From contig CBDDTI010000745.1 of NCBI GenBank assembly GCA_965233585.1, positions 544,001 to 608,000 of the forward strand: DNA of 64,000 nucleotides. Direction: 5' to 3'. Below, piece by piece: positions 52,111 to 64,000 of the stretch. How positions within the stretch are numbered: the stretch's first letter is position 1; every line of letters begins with the position of its first letter. The stretch comes from a bacterium (GTDB lineage Bacteria; SAR324; NAC60-12). The notes under the pieces are model-generated. The model saw only the letters and a program-made list of their open reading frames with translations. It had not been told where the DNA came from and did no database searches. The position numbers and the translations under genes are program-made.

Positions 52111-54583
52111 AAGTCTGGAAAGTGAGGCTATTTGACTAATATTTCTCCACTCTGTTGCGCAGCATTCACTTACTGTTAGGCCCAGTTACTAGTTAATATA
52201 TTTAGCCTGTGAGCACACTCTCATGTGTTGCGGCACGAGCACCCGGGCACGAGCTAAGGCAGAGAAGCTGTGAGTGACGAGTCAGCGAGCAAAGCGAGCC
52301 TGCGAACGCTCGTTGCTTGTTCCGCAACGCATGAGAGCGTGATCTCAAGGTACAATATATTCGTCATGAAAAGGTAACAAACCATGGTAGTCCGGTCCAG
52401 GATTAACTTGGACAAAAGAAGACCAAAAGATGTTAAGGCTGCTATTATTTCATAGCCTGTGTGTGCAGACATAAACGAGATAATAAAAGCCTGCACACAG
52501 GTTGACGACGAGTAGTCTATCTTCTGCTTAGTCCCGGCTTAGTCCGTCGAGCGTGGCCATAAGTAAACCAAGAGGATAAACTCCCCGCGCTGCCATATTT
52601 TGCTATCGATTTTCTTTCTCGTCACCAGACAATGGACTAGGGGAAAGAGGGACTGCTCATCGAATAGGATACAGACTTCCATTTCCAACCATATTAATAG
52701 AGCGACGGACGGAGGTTTTGATTTGATACGGACACATTATGCCCGGCCTATGGTAACATCACGTGACTGCAGCCGTGTCGCACCGATGGCTTCTTTGTTA
52801 TGGTGGCAGATCCGGCGTCTGGCATGTAATACATGAACCTTGTGTTTTGTAAATTGTGTTTTTGTGATAAGATAAATTACCTCGGCTTAACGAAAATGGA
52901 CAAGACAAATGGCGCCATCTAAGTCGTCCAAACATTTGGAAAGGATGTATCTATTGAAGTTCAACTCAATTAAAGCAATCAGCGATGAATACGAATACCG
53001 CGGAAGTACTATAATTACAGACGAGATGCACTGCCGGTGTGCTTTTACTGTGTAAATATCATGTTATCAGAATCCTGTGTTGTGACCGGGGAGCTTGGCG
53101 CTTTTGTGAAATAAAAAGAGTAGCCTGCGGATAGACTAATTTGTCAAAAACGTATGTTTGGCTAAAGAGCGATGATATAGCTAGTGATTTCAAAAGAGCT
53201 GCTTTGTTATGCTTGCATGTTTAACTGTTTACATTGTGCTGAAAATTTGTTTAGCACTCGTACTTAATTAAGCTGTTTGTTCTTGATTCTTTATAAATTT
53301 TGAAAACGGTTTCACAATTGAAACAAAACATTGAAAGGAACGACCAGGTTATCTAATGAATTCAATAAACACCATAAGCTTGGGCAGGCAACTGACGAAA
53401 TAGTCTGTGAATAAATAGTTAACTGACTGGTTCGGCTTACAGACTGTCTCCGATCTGCAGTGCTGCCGTTTCAAGCAGAACACTAAAGCAGGAACTCAAG
53501 CAGGAACTCTCGAGTGCAGAGCAATATTCATTGATCAGATAATCTGAGTTAGGTGAGTTCAGTTGTCAGTTTGTGTTATTTTTCTGAGTGCTTTAGTTTC
53601 TGTGAGCTTCGTCTTCGACGTGATTCACGGCTAAATGTATGCACCTGGATTCCTTAGATCACTGTCACAACTTTTGAAAGTATTGTAGAGCTGAAGTAGT
53701 CGTACATGCCAATCAACATCATTGTGTCCACTTGATTTGAATACTGAGGTAGACCAAGGGTTTATCGTGAACGCGTCGTCCTTCCTTTCCCAGAACCATA
53801 GAAGTCATATCCTGTTGTGATATATTGAATTCTATTCATCAAAAAACTAAATTTAACTCAGTGTTTAGATCAGAGCGGTTAAGATAATCCGACCCAGCTC
53901 TAAATAAAATATGATGATTCGTTTGGTCGAGCCACAACAGTTATTTTTTGCTCTGCACTGAAAAATCAGATTGTAGAATATTAACTGAATCCCGATTAAT
54001 CTGTCGCCCACAAAAGTATTCATGTTCGTATGAATTTATCATGTATTGCAGACTTTGATAATCATGAATAACTTAAACCTGTGTCGATAACAGTATTTTG
54101 TTTAGTGCTGACAAATAACTGTTCAGGCTGAAAGCCTGGCTAACTACACGTATTCAGACATTTTTTGAAAACGGAGATGTTTCGTTTGTTTGAACCTTAA
54201 GAAAGAGTGGATTTGTTCAGTTCGAAAGAATAACTTAAACCTGTGTCGATAACAGTAGAGAGTGTGGATTTGTTCAGTTCGAAAGCCGAAAAGCGGAAGT
54301 CATCAAAGATCGAGTTCAGTCTATCCCGGTCCGCACTAGCGGATTGACCACTTTTGCGTTGCCATTTCGTCTTCTTTCAATCCTAATAGCAAGCAGTTAC
54401 ATTTTTGACATTTTTACGTTGTTGAATTTTCAAACTAATTTTTTTAAGGGAGGGACTGAATATAATATGCATGATTTCCGTGTTATTGTCAAGAACAAGA
54501 TCTGTTAAGTATGTTCCAAGATTTGAAAGGGATCAACGCGTGAATAAGGGTATCTTGACAGTAAACGTTGTACACAAATTGCT

Positions 54584-54960
54584 TTAAGCCCGATCCTCAC
54601 AAGTGACGCGAGCATAAGCATAAGCATAAGCATAAGCATAAGCATAAGCATAAGAATATCAAAACGTTGCGTTCTTCTTATGCTTATGCTTATGTTTATG
54701 CCAGTGGCTATAGTGTGCAGTGAGGACATGTGGGCATAAGCATAAGCATAAGTACAAGCGTAAGAGTATCAGCCAATCAGCGAGCACTAACGCTTATGTC
54801 AACGATGTCCTCACTGAACATAAGCATAAGCATAATAAACATAAGAAAAAGGCTTATGCTTATGCTTATGCTTATGTCGCGGCTGTCCTCACTAGCGCAT
54901 AAGCTTTTTATGCTTATGTTTATGCTTATGCTTGCTTCGCTAGTAAGGACCGGGCTTTAA
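54584..54960. mobile_element. TTAA-flanked MITE carrying (GCATAA)n / (TTATGC)n arrays
   Basis: TTAAGCCCGATCCTCAC...GTAAGGACCGGGCTTTAA ends; hexamer arrays in alternating orientation. Confidence 0.8.
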
Positions 54961-56749
54961 TACTGCTTGCGGGCTCATATTCCTAGCAACGCCCGAGTTC
55001 TAGACTGACGTAACTATTCAATGATCAATGACATCAGTGAGCAATCAATGAAGAACCAGTGCGTGATCAACGGATTTTCATTGATCAACAGGTAATCGAT
55101 GACTAAGCGTTCGTGGTTTATCGATTGCTCATCGCTGTCTCTGATTATTTACCAATCCTATCGATTACTCAGCGATTACCTGTTGATTACCAATCAAATT
55201 CTCGTTAATTACACATTTTTATGCATAATATGATGCTGTAATGGCGCAACTCTACATATTACAACATTGTTGCTTGTAACATACTTTTGGCCAATGCCGG
55301 ATGAAGCTCACTCTCCGGTAAAACGATGTTGCAATTGTGACCGTTGCGTTTTGGCGAACAGTAGGTTGATTGATCAAACTTACCGGGAGATGTAGTGGCT
55401 TAAATTTAAATCGATTAATTGGTAATTGTATCTGTGGCTTGTAGCCTGTAACTGTAGACAAACTCTCTTGGAGTACTGCCGCGAACGATTAAGCGCTTGC
55501 CTCTGGATAAGATAGGTAATTCCCCATATGGGGCTTATTCCCTGGGAAAAATCCCTCTTGAGTTATTTTGAGGTAGGCCTCTCCACAAATATAACAAAAA
55601 ACCGACTAAACGTCTTTCTGGAAATTCTCAAGAAATTCTAAATATAACAGACATTTTTTCTAAATATCTCGAAAAGCTTCCTAAATATCTCTTATCTTTG
55701 TTTTAACATGTTTAAACCGATTTTGAATCAATTAAGCCAAAATTTTCCAAATTTACAATTTTTTTTGCATTAGAAGGAACAGAGGAAGAAAAATCATGCC
55801 CATTGGTGTTACTAGCAACCGCCAGTTTGGAAAGTTTCTTCGCCAGTGGTTTTCGTGATATGGCGTGAACAAGTAAAACACCGCTCAAGTGGTTTGTTTC
55901 TTCTCATGACAGAACTAAGCGTTGTCAAGTTCCGTGGAAATATCAAAGAACACTTAGGGCTCATCAAAAAAGCTATGAATATTTCTAATTGTTAAATATC
56001 CCTAAATTTTCTTAACTCTTAACATTCTCTAAATATCTCAGAAACTTCTGAATATCTCAAAACACATCCAGATATTTTTGGAAAGGCTCTATTCTGAGAC
56101 TGACGGAAAAAAAAACTATGCGTGCTACGTGGATATTTTCGTAAAGGATTTTATAGTAAAACGCGTATAATGCTTCTTTGATTGCCCTCGTGAGCAACAT
56201 TTAACAAAAATCACATCCCACGTATACTAGCAGCATTTTCTGTTGCGGTCCGTCTTACGTCATTGAAAAAATAAAATAAACCCTATATTGAGATTTTGAA
56301 AAAAAAAAAAATTGTGTGTTTAAAATTGCAAATGAAATACATCTCTAAACGGGAAAACTAATCCGGCAAAAACAACAAGAACGGCACAAGCCGTTTGTTT
56401 AATGCTATTTCAATTTGTGTGCCATACGATTAGGCCGGAAAGTTTATTGTCTGCAGTCTGCCTCCAAAATTACTTGAACGCCATCTGCATAGTCCACTCG
56501 AAAGAATATTCCCAGCTATTAAATCGACAGAAAAATAAGAATATTTCGAGCCTTGGGCGGAAAAGCAATATTGGTATATGAAAAGAGTGCCGTCTTGGAA
56601 TCTCTGAGACTGGACCTCAGGGAGTGATGTAAAAGAACTTGACAAGGATTATATTGAAAAAAGAGCCTTTGTGAGGGATTAACTCCCTTATCCCTCATTA
56701 TTATTCTCTTGTCCCCCACGCAATGAATTGAGGAATCACAAAATTCTAC

Positions 56750-56950
56750 TACCCTGCGTAGCAAGCGTTTCCGTGGGGTTCGGGAGCAAAGAATTATCAC
56801 ACGTAAAATGGAGCGAGTAAAAGAAGGCCACCCCCCCTATTTCTTATTTTGGCTCTCGTCCCATTTTTCGCACGGGCAGAACACCGAAAACCACGTTCTC
56901 CAGTCTTTCTTTGCTCCCCATCCCCAAGGAAACGCTTGCTACCCAGGCTA
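56750..56950. mobile_element. MITE with TA ends
   Basis: TACCCTGCGTAGCAAGCGTTTCC / GGAAACGCTTGCTACCCAGGCTA. Confidence 0.8.
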
Positions 56951-57631
56951 CACAATTCTGATTTCTTTTAGCCGTGTACTTTTAACCTGCCTGGCTTTGT
57001 TCAAGTTGCATCTGCGCGAACTTTAAATTGCACATATATGCATCTTACAGCCCAATTCTTTGCTAGGTGGGGGCGGGGTATGATGGTGATGGGGGGGTGG
57101 GGTGAATCTGGAGGAGTTTTGTAATTATATTACTTACAATACAATATGGATATTACTTACAAGCTATAGCTACATACAATACAATATAAACAATACCTAC
57201 ACAATGTTACAGCTACTAAACAAGCACTAACATTACTTACAAATCTGGGGTTAGGTAAAAGGAAGCCTGAAAACGTGCATTGGACGTACTTATAGCTTCC
57301 GAGAGAAAACCGGGAATAAAAAACATAGGGAGGGTCTTCGGGCCAGTGCTCCACATCCTTCCCTACTGTTTTTACTAACTTTAATTTACTAGTCCTTATA
57401 CGTCTTGACCAGGCTATATATGGTTCCACTGACCTTAATGCTGGCGGGCTCCTGTCTAATGTAGCTCTCTTCAACTCTCTTCCAGCAGAGGATTGGTTAT
57501 TGATAGCATGTCGATGTTAGGGTATTCCCTGGGTTTGGTCTGGTCATACCTGCTGCAGCTGATATAAGGTTATGCATTAACCGCAAAAATGAACACGGAA
57601 GATATTTAGGTTAGTAGGGTCTGACAGCAAC

Positions 57632-58269
57632 TGAAGGTAATTCCTTAGTTTTGCATTGCGCATCCCTACTGCGCACGATCTTTGCGTCCTTAGTTCGCGC
57701 AAATGAACGCGCGGGTCGTACAAAACGTAAGAGATTTCCCTCAAATTAAGCTCGATAGAGAGATAAATACTCGTTTTCTCTTAAACGCGCACGGTGACCC
57801 CCACTTTTTATTTTATAAATTCAATGAGAACAATATCCTCAACAACTGAGAGAAAAATTGCCAGAAATCTATGGCTACTTTTTTGGCGAATGAAATAAAT
57901 GCTACAGATAGAGACGTAACAGGCCCAACAGAGCAAGTCCAAATTATGTTTCCTTTAAAGGATAAAAATATTATTAATAATGCAAAGTATTTGAAGCCAT
58001 TTTCCATTCAGATGAATGAACAATCAAAGAAAGTCGAACACGGTGTGATATAACACGCCGCATTGGAAAATAATCGCGCTTATTTGTTACGCACGGAGAT
58101 CACCAAAAGTCACCTTAACAACCGTATTTGTCAGCATTGTGGCGTGAAAACAAGCACGGTGACCCCCTCTTTTTATCACGTTTTTAATATCTCCTTGTCT
58201 TGTAACATCAACATACCAAGTTTCATCGGAAATCTATGGTGGGGATCTTTTACTAGGGAATCACCTTAA
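57632..58269. mobile_element. TTAA-type non-autonomous DNA transposon, copy 1
   Basis: AAGGTAATTCCTTAG...CTAGGGAATCACCTTAA; shares TTGCATTGCGCATCCCTACTGCGCACGAT with copy 2. Confidence 0.75.
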
Positions 58270-61200
58270 CACAAAATATCACCCGAAAACTTCAATTGGT
58301 AATAACAGATGGAAAACAAGAATACTCCATGTGATAGAGGTCACCTAGTCTAGACCCGGGGTCTAGACTGTCGACTACGACACATTATCTAATTAGCGCT
58401 AGCAATAATTTGAATTGGTTATGATTCGATTTTGCATGAGTGATCGAAAAATGAATCGAAAAGGTGTGCTTTGTAAAACTGTATCATATGGCAGGCCCTG
58501 TTGCACTGTCAGTCAAAGAAGATGTGCTAAACTCAACTCAATGTCAGCACATAATTGTGAATTTATTTATTTTTTCCGTTGTCATTGTTAGAATAAACGT
58601 AAATGGTAAATATCTCCGGTTGTAGAACTGTGGAGAAAGATGCAGTTATGTCTTCAGAAAAACGTAGGCTTCCGATGGCACCTCATGTTATAGTCAAGTT
58701 ACATGAACTCAAAGTTAATTACATTGTGTAGGATTTCATGAAATTATCTCTCTCTGGAGAGATACCTCAATCTGCCGCCACATGGATCGCCGCAACTGAA
58801 AAGTCCTTGTGGTTTTTGTGGTAGAAAATAGTAGTATTTTTAGAGTACTCGTATGGAGCTCTTGAGAAACGTTCTTGTATTTCCTGTTCCTCAAGGAAGC
58901 CTATAAAACATAGACGAACAGTCACGAAACATTCACAGCTACGCCGATATCAATGGATTGTTAACAATTTTTCATCTTCGTTCGTAAACTTCAACTTTGT
59001 GGCAAGCAAAGAATTAGCAAAGAAATTCTATTACACGGGAGTATTCTTGAATTACGTTCTAACTGCATGTACATTAAAAGTCAAGGTCACGGGGCATACG
59101 TCTCCTTTGCAGCCCAGGCGCTTGTCGGCTTGTCGCTAATTAAATCTTTTGTCACTTCACAGCGTTTCATATCGCCACTCCACAGTACAGGCGCTGCGAA
59201 TGACCTTTCCTTGTATAAACGTCCCTATTATTTCTACAAATTGTTTTTCCATGCTGCACGGTCCAGCTAAATTTAGACAAAGGAATTCTGTTTAAGACAA
59301 AAATAACATAGGAGGATTTGGTAATAACTTATATTGAGCCGACTTCTATCGATTCGTTTTTCAACAGCATTTTATTATCCGACACAGGTGAGTTTAAGAT
59401 CAATCCGCACCGCTTATGGTAAACGTAGTTGGCAGCAATCGTCTTACATTGTTAAGCTGTGAAACGGCATCCGTTTATCTCGATAAAATCTGATGCAATT
59501 ATAAGGGTATCCCATTGTGGAACAAGGGTAGAGCTTGCGGCTGACTGGTCTCGTGCTCACGTAGACCTGTGGAAAGTGCTAAAAGGGTGACGTTTTCACC
59601 TTCTAAAACAAACAGAGCAGAAACTGAGAGAAACACGCACACGAAAAAGAGCGACGGAGTGGTACAAATATTACAATCATTTAGCCCTTTGAATTATCGT
59701 CCTTGAATAATTATGATACCTAAATTATACCTGAAAGGCCAAATAAACTGGTAGGCTGAACCGGCCAGTTATGGAGCTGGCGCTTAATCTGATTTACTCT
59801 GATCCATCTTTTGTCTCTTTGTAAAACGGAGCCGAAAATTAAACGTTTTGAAATTGACCTTTATTACACAGGCCGGCAGCGAAAGAACGTGCCGATTATA
59901 ATTTCTTTATCTTTTATCTGCCATTGAGTCCAACTGTACCACAATTATTCATGTTGTCATTTTGGATCTCGTGCTAGATTTGATGATTTTTAACTTGTTT
60001 TGAGTAAAGAACTTTAATTTCTCACATATTACGCGCGTTCACCTGGAAAGCATGTTGAACAATTTTCTAGTACTTGTGGTTGGCTGGTTTTATTGATTGG
60101 TAACATACTTTTCGCTTCCCTGCCGTGCTCCACCTTCAGAATTTCAAACTAAAGCCCAACAATTAGTATGAACAACGGTAGTGACGTAAACAGAAAAACC
60201 GCAATTATTGTTTTTCGCTTTCTAGTTCACTTCTCTGTTGAAGTGCGTATCTTGAAGAGCGATATTGCATTTGTGTTAAAGCACTTAAATACGTCACTTG
60301 TTTTGTGACTCGGGAACAGCCAGCATTTAGTTCCATCTCCTTGTGTAAGAAGGCGTGCTGCTTCGGTCTGCAGCCTATTGGTGAGTGTGTAGCGGCGAGA
60401 CAACACGTCCTCGCTTCCTTTTAGCTTATTCAGTTATGTGTAGTTAAACAGCTTTCTCTTAATCAAATTTATTGAAAATTTGGAAAATTTTTTTTATTCC
60501 AAAAGCACTCCATGGGGAATACATTTGTACATTTTACCGTCACTGTAGTCAAAGCAATAGCTTCATCATTCGTTAAGTCCTCTAACAATAACTCGTCGAT
60601 GTATAAACTTAGTCGATCTTTAAGTCCTTTCATAAAATTGTATTAAAATGAGTTAGCGAAACGGAATAAGTGCATTTTATATTCTTGGTAAAGTTAAAAC
60701 GAGTTTCTGTCGACTGGTTATGTAAAAGTAACGCAACGCGATCAGGACAATTCGGGATCTTTTCTATTGTTATCTGAAACTGTGTGATGTCAACGTCTTT
60801 CTTTTGTAACTTCATGAAGCTAGGTTTCGTGTCACGAAAGGACAGGTTCCAAATGCTTCACTGAATTGGTACAGTTTTCCTAGAACGGAGAACATATGTT
60901 AGATATTTTGTAATGTTCTTGTGTTCGTAATCAATTTGCTGAACGGAAGACAACAAAGAATTTCAATACTGTATGCCGCTCAAATTTTCGTGTTTTGAAA
61001 CAAGAGGCTTTTCCGGTTGTATGTTAGCGAAATTTCCTGTTATGATAACAATTGAACAAAGTGTCGCTAAAATGGAAATTACTTGAAAACTGAACTCAGT
61101 AGGTGAGGTTGGAAAAAACTTGTTGGGTTATTGCAGTTTACCCTTTGTGTGACATTTAAGCTTACTGTTCGCCAATAATTTCTTTAACTCTTCATAACCT

Positions 61201-61633
61201 CTGTGGAATTGTTAACCTCATCACACTTGTCCACGTCAGCTTGTTCATTGATCGTACGTACATCATCAATCAAACATTTGTGAGTGGACTTCATAAATTT
61301 TTGCATCATATCTATTTCACTAAAAACTGAGTAAATATACTCATTCCCAGCGTGTGTAGTCACGTAAACATCACTGAGCTCAAAATTTGAAAACGTGATT
61401 TCCTGTTTTAGTTGATGACTAAGAGACAATGCCCAGTGAGTTATCCAATACGTTATTTTGATATCTAGGTTATCTCTGTCGAGTCTCCTACACACGGAGA
61501 TGCTACTATCATTGTGGTTTCTTATCAAGACCTGTTTGCAATTAAAGCACTATCATTGGATACTGGGTTTACATAAAAATGTCCAGAAATCAGTAATTTC
61601 TTTTTTCGAAAAGTTACAAGAGCCACGCGGCTT

Positions 61634-62306
61634 TTAAGGTGATTCCTCAGTATTGCATTGCGCATCCCTACTGCGCACGATTTTTGCGTCATTAGCGCGT
61701 GCAAATTAGCGCGTGCACGTACACAACGAAAGAAATTTCCCACAAGCTAAGCCCGATAGCGCAATAAATGTTCGTTTTCTTTTAAACGAGCATGGTGACC
61801 TATATTTTTTATTGCATAATAATAGTGTGCATATTGTCCTCCTTAATTTGAAAGAAAACTAAAAAATTTTTTCGGGAGGAAAAAAAGATATAGGCGAAAG
61901 CGTGCACGAAACCGTTACTCTGTGATGCAAACTATCACCGCAAAATTAACGACTCTACGAACGCTTTACGCTTACGTCGTTTCAAATAGCGTGATGTTTC
62001 CAGAAATTTTATATGATATTGTTCTATATGCTCTACACTTTCTACCTGTCAAGTTTTTTTCCGAGTATTACTTTGATAAAATATGTTTCGAGCCATCGCA
62101 TAATGTAACGTGGACCGATGAATAACGTGCGTGATTAGCACGAGTACAGGCACAAATGAGGTAAGATTGGCCCACCACATCTCTTAAACGAGAATGGTGA
62201 CCTATCATTTTTATTGCATTTTTCGAAACAGTGCTTGGTAGAGAACATTTAGGGAAAGTTTCAAAAAAATTTATCGGTAACTTTTATTTCTGAGGAATCA
62301 CCTTAA
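61634..62306. mobile_element. TTAA-type non-autonomous DNA transposon, copy 2 (Kolobok/piggyBac-like ends)
   Basis: TTAA-GGTGATTCCTCAG...CTGAGGAATCACC-TTAA perfect TIRs. Confidence 0.82.
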
Positions 62307-64000
62307 TGACAGAGCGAGGTCTGTTTTGCAGGCAGGCAGACGCGTTTTTGGCGGGAAATACTTTGGCGCGAAATCTTGAAACGACAACAGAAGTGAGCTT
62401 TCACACTTTTGCTGAAAACGAATAAAGCCTAGATGGCCTTAAAAGCGGGTTTTAATTTTGTGTTTTTTATACGTGTAATATATGCTTGGCATTAATCAGA
62501 ACTACTTGAAAATTTGTGACGTTTTGTATGGAAGCGCAAAACCTAATTACGTGATGCTTGATCAGGTCATATTCCGGTTCTCGAAACAGTCCTACTTCCT
62601 AACGGACGTTTATTTCGTGATGTCGTTTTAAAACGATTATTCCAATTTAGGTAAGTTGCTTATTTTGCCGAACGGAAAATCTCGGCTTTTATGTTGTTAT
62701 TCGAGATTCTGATCAATCGTGCCCGCAAGCGATTTATTAATGTTCGACTTGGAGATAAGTGTTTGCAAGCTAGGGGAGCAAATATTGCTGGAGTGAGTAC
62801 CTTTTTGATCTGCTCATTACACCGAGATCTTACACAACTGACGAGGTATTTGTGACTCTATTGATTTTTTATTAGTGTACAGTAAAAAAATTCTTTACTT
62901 CTACTCTGGGTTACGTAATCAAATGCAAAGACTGGTAGATCTGGAGCGGCTCCAGATCTAGTGGAGCCTTTTGATTTCAATTGATTCTTTGTTCCCAAAA
63001 GTTTATTCTATAAATTTAGACACAGTAAAACCGCAAATGTGAGGCGGCCACTCAGAGCTTTTTGACATCTACAAAGGGAAGTTATTTTTACTGAATTGAA
63101 GATAGATATGTGTCAATTCATTCAGGATTAAAGATCTCGGTTTAATTCACTGTTATGGAGGCAGCTAACAGCTTAAGCCTGCTTGATATTTCAATATTGT
63201 CAAACTCTCTTTATTATCGTCAGCAGTGATCATATTGAAATAGCTATCATCGAAGAACAAGTTCCTTATCAGAAATCAGAAAAAAAAACTGTGAGTGCAC
63301 ACAATGAACCCACTAGAGAGATTTAGTTAGATGTAATACTCTTACTTCAGTTCGTTAATTTATCAATATAGCTTTCCTGAGGCCCAAATAATGGGCTTAC
63401 AGTATAATATTTAGCGGTACACCGTTTGTTTAATCAGATATATTGAGTTTCTTTGAAGGGCGCATCGCAATCATGTTTCAGTGATCTTTTTCTGACTCAA
63501 GGAAAATCGAACGTTTTGTGTATTTTTATCACACCATACACGACTGGGATCGTTTTGTTCTGAATTACGCAATGAAATGAGAATGTATGGTAAGTGCCCT
63601 TGCTACATTCAAGTCAATCAGTCCAGTAAGCCATTAGGGTGACTGATTGGGCACTTAAATGTGGAATGCATTGCGGTATTGACCGTGCGGTCGTTTAAGT
63701 GTTTCCCTGAAAGGGTTTAAAGACTTAATGACTCAGACGGATGATCACGCTGTTCTCTGTGTGTATAAATGTGGTTATATCTTGTTTATTACTCTGCTAA
63801 CTGATATCGTACGGCTAATAGATCACAAATCCGTGATCATCGTAAGTCCAGCTCCACAGACGCTTATCCGAATCGTACGCATGGACCCAATACTGCTCAG
63901 ATAACAACTTAATGTTGAGCTTTTCTCATGACAGTTCACTTTCAATTTGTGCGGCAGCGCAAACTCTTCAAAGACTTCGAGTGGGTCAATATTGGCGAAG

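Noticed and set aside
54505..54960. MLMLML / HKHKHK / ISISIS ORFs
   Set aside because: Translations of the (GCATAA)n arrays.
57130..57600. Possible LINE 3' end with TACAA-rich tail, and ORF 57157-57474
   Set aside because: No recognisable RT or endonuclease motif; cannot be supported.
41000..64000. Numerous 60-135 aa ORFs in the eukaryotic half
   Set aside because: Mostly non-ATG starts within repeats; only those forming Gypsy remnants had recognisable motifs.

Overview
The window is two unrelated genomes joined end to end. Positions 1 to ~37103 are gene-dense, AT-rich Gram-negative bacterial DNA. They carry FIST and DHH genes, comEC, pal-tolQ-tolR-rlmN, mpl, dus, an Omp85-type barrel, a SpoIIE/kinase-like/STAS partner-switching trio, a peptide ABC transporter with two amide hydrolases, a frameshifted ribD deaminase, a HelD-like ATPase, tyrS-hisZ-hisG, CIRCE-controlled clpB, an S41 protease, SEC-C MetAP and lepB. 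At ~37103-37109 lepB is cut off in mid-gene. The rest of the window is eukaryotic DNA: a two-exon XK-related scramblase gene with a GT-AG intron, microsatellites, many MITEs, a tRNA-derived insertion with a target-site duplication, a decayed Gypsy element carrying nested MITEs, and a minimal hammerhead ribozyme motif. The repeats look cnidarian/scleractinian to me, but that is recall and is not verified. The most parsimonious reading is a host-symbiont chimeric assembly; a very recent bacterial insertion into an animal genome cannot be excluded without reads. The best novelty candidates in the bacterial half are: a Pal with TolA-like helical repeats beside tolQR, with no tolA/tolB at the locus and a duplicated mini-lipoprotein copy upstream; a HisS-like HisZ retaining an anticodon-binding domain, paired with a short HisG; an unannotated ~70-nt sRNA candidate; and a two-gene TA-like cassette bracketed by identical REP-like palindromes. 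All calls are by eye; no searches were run.
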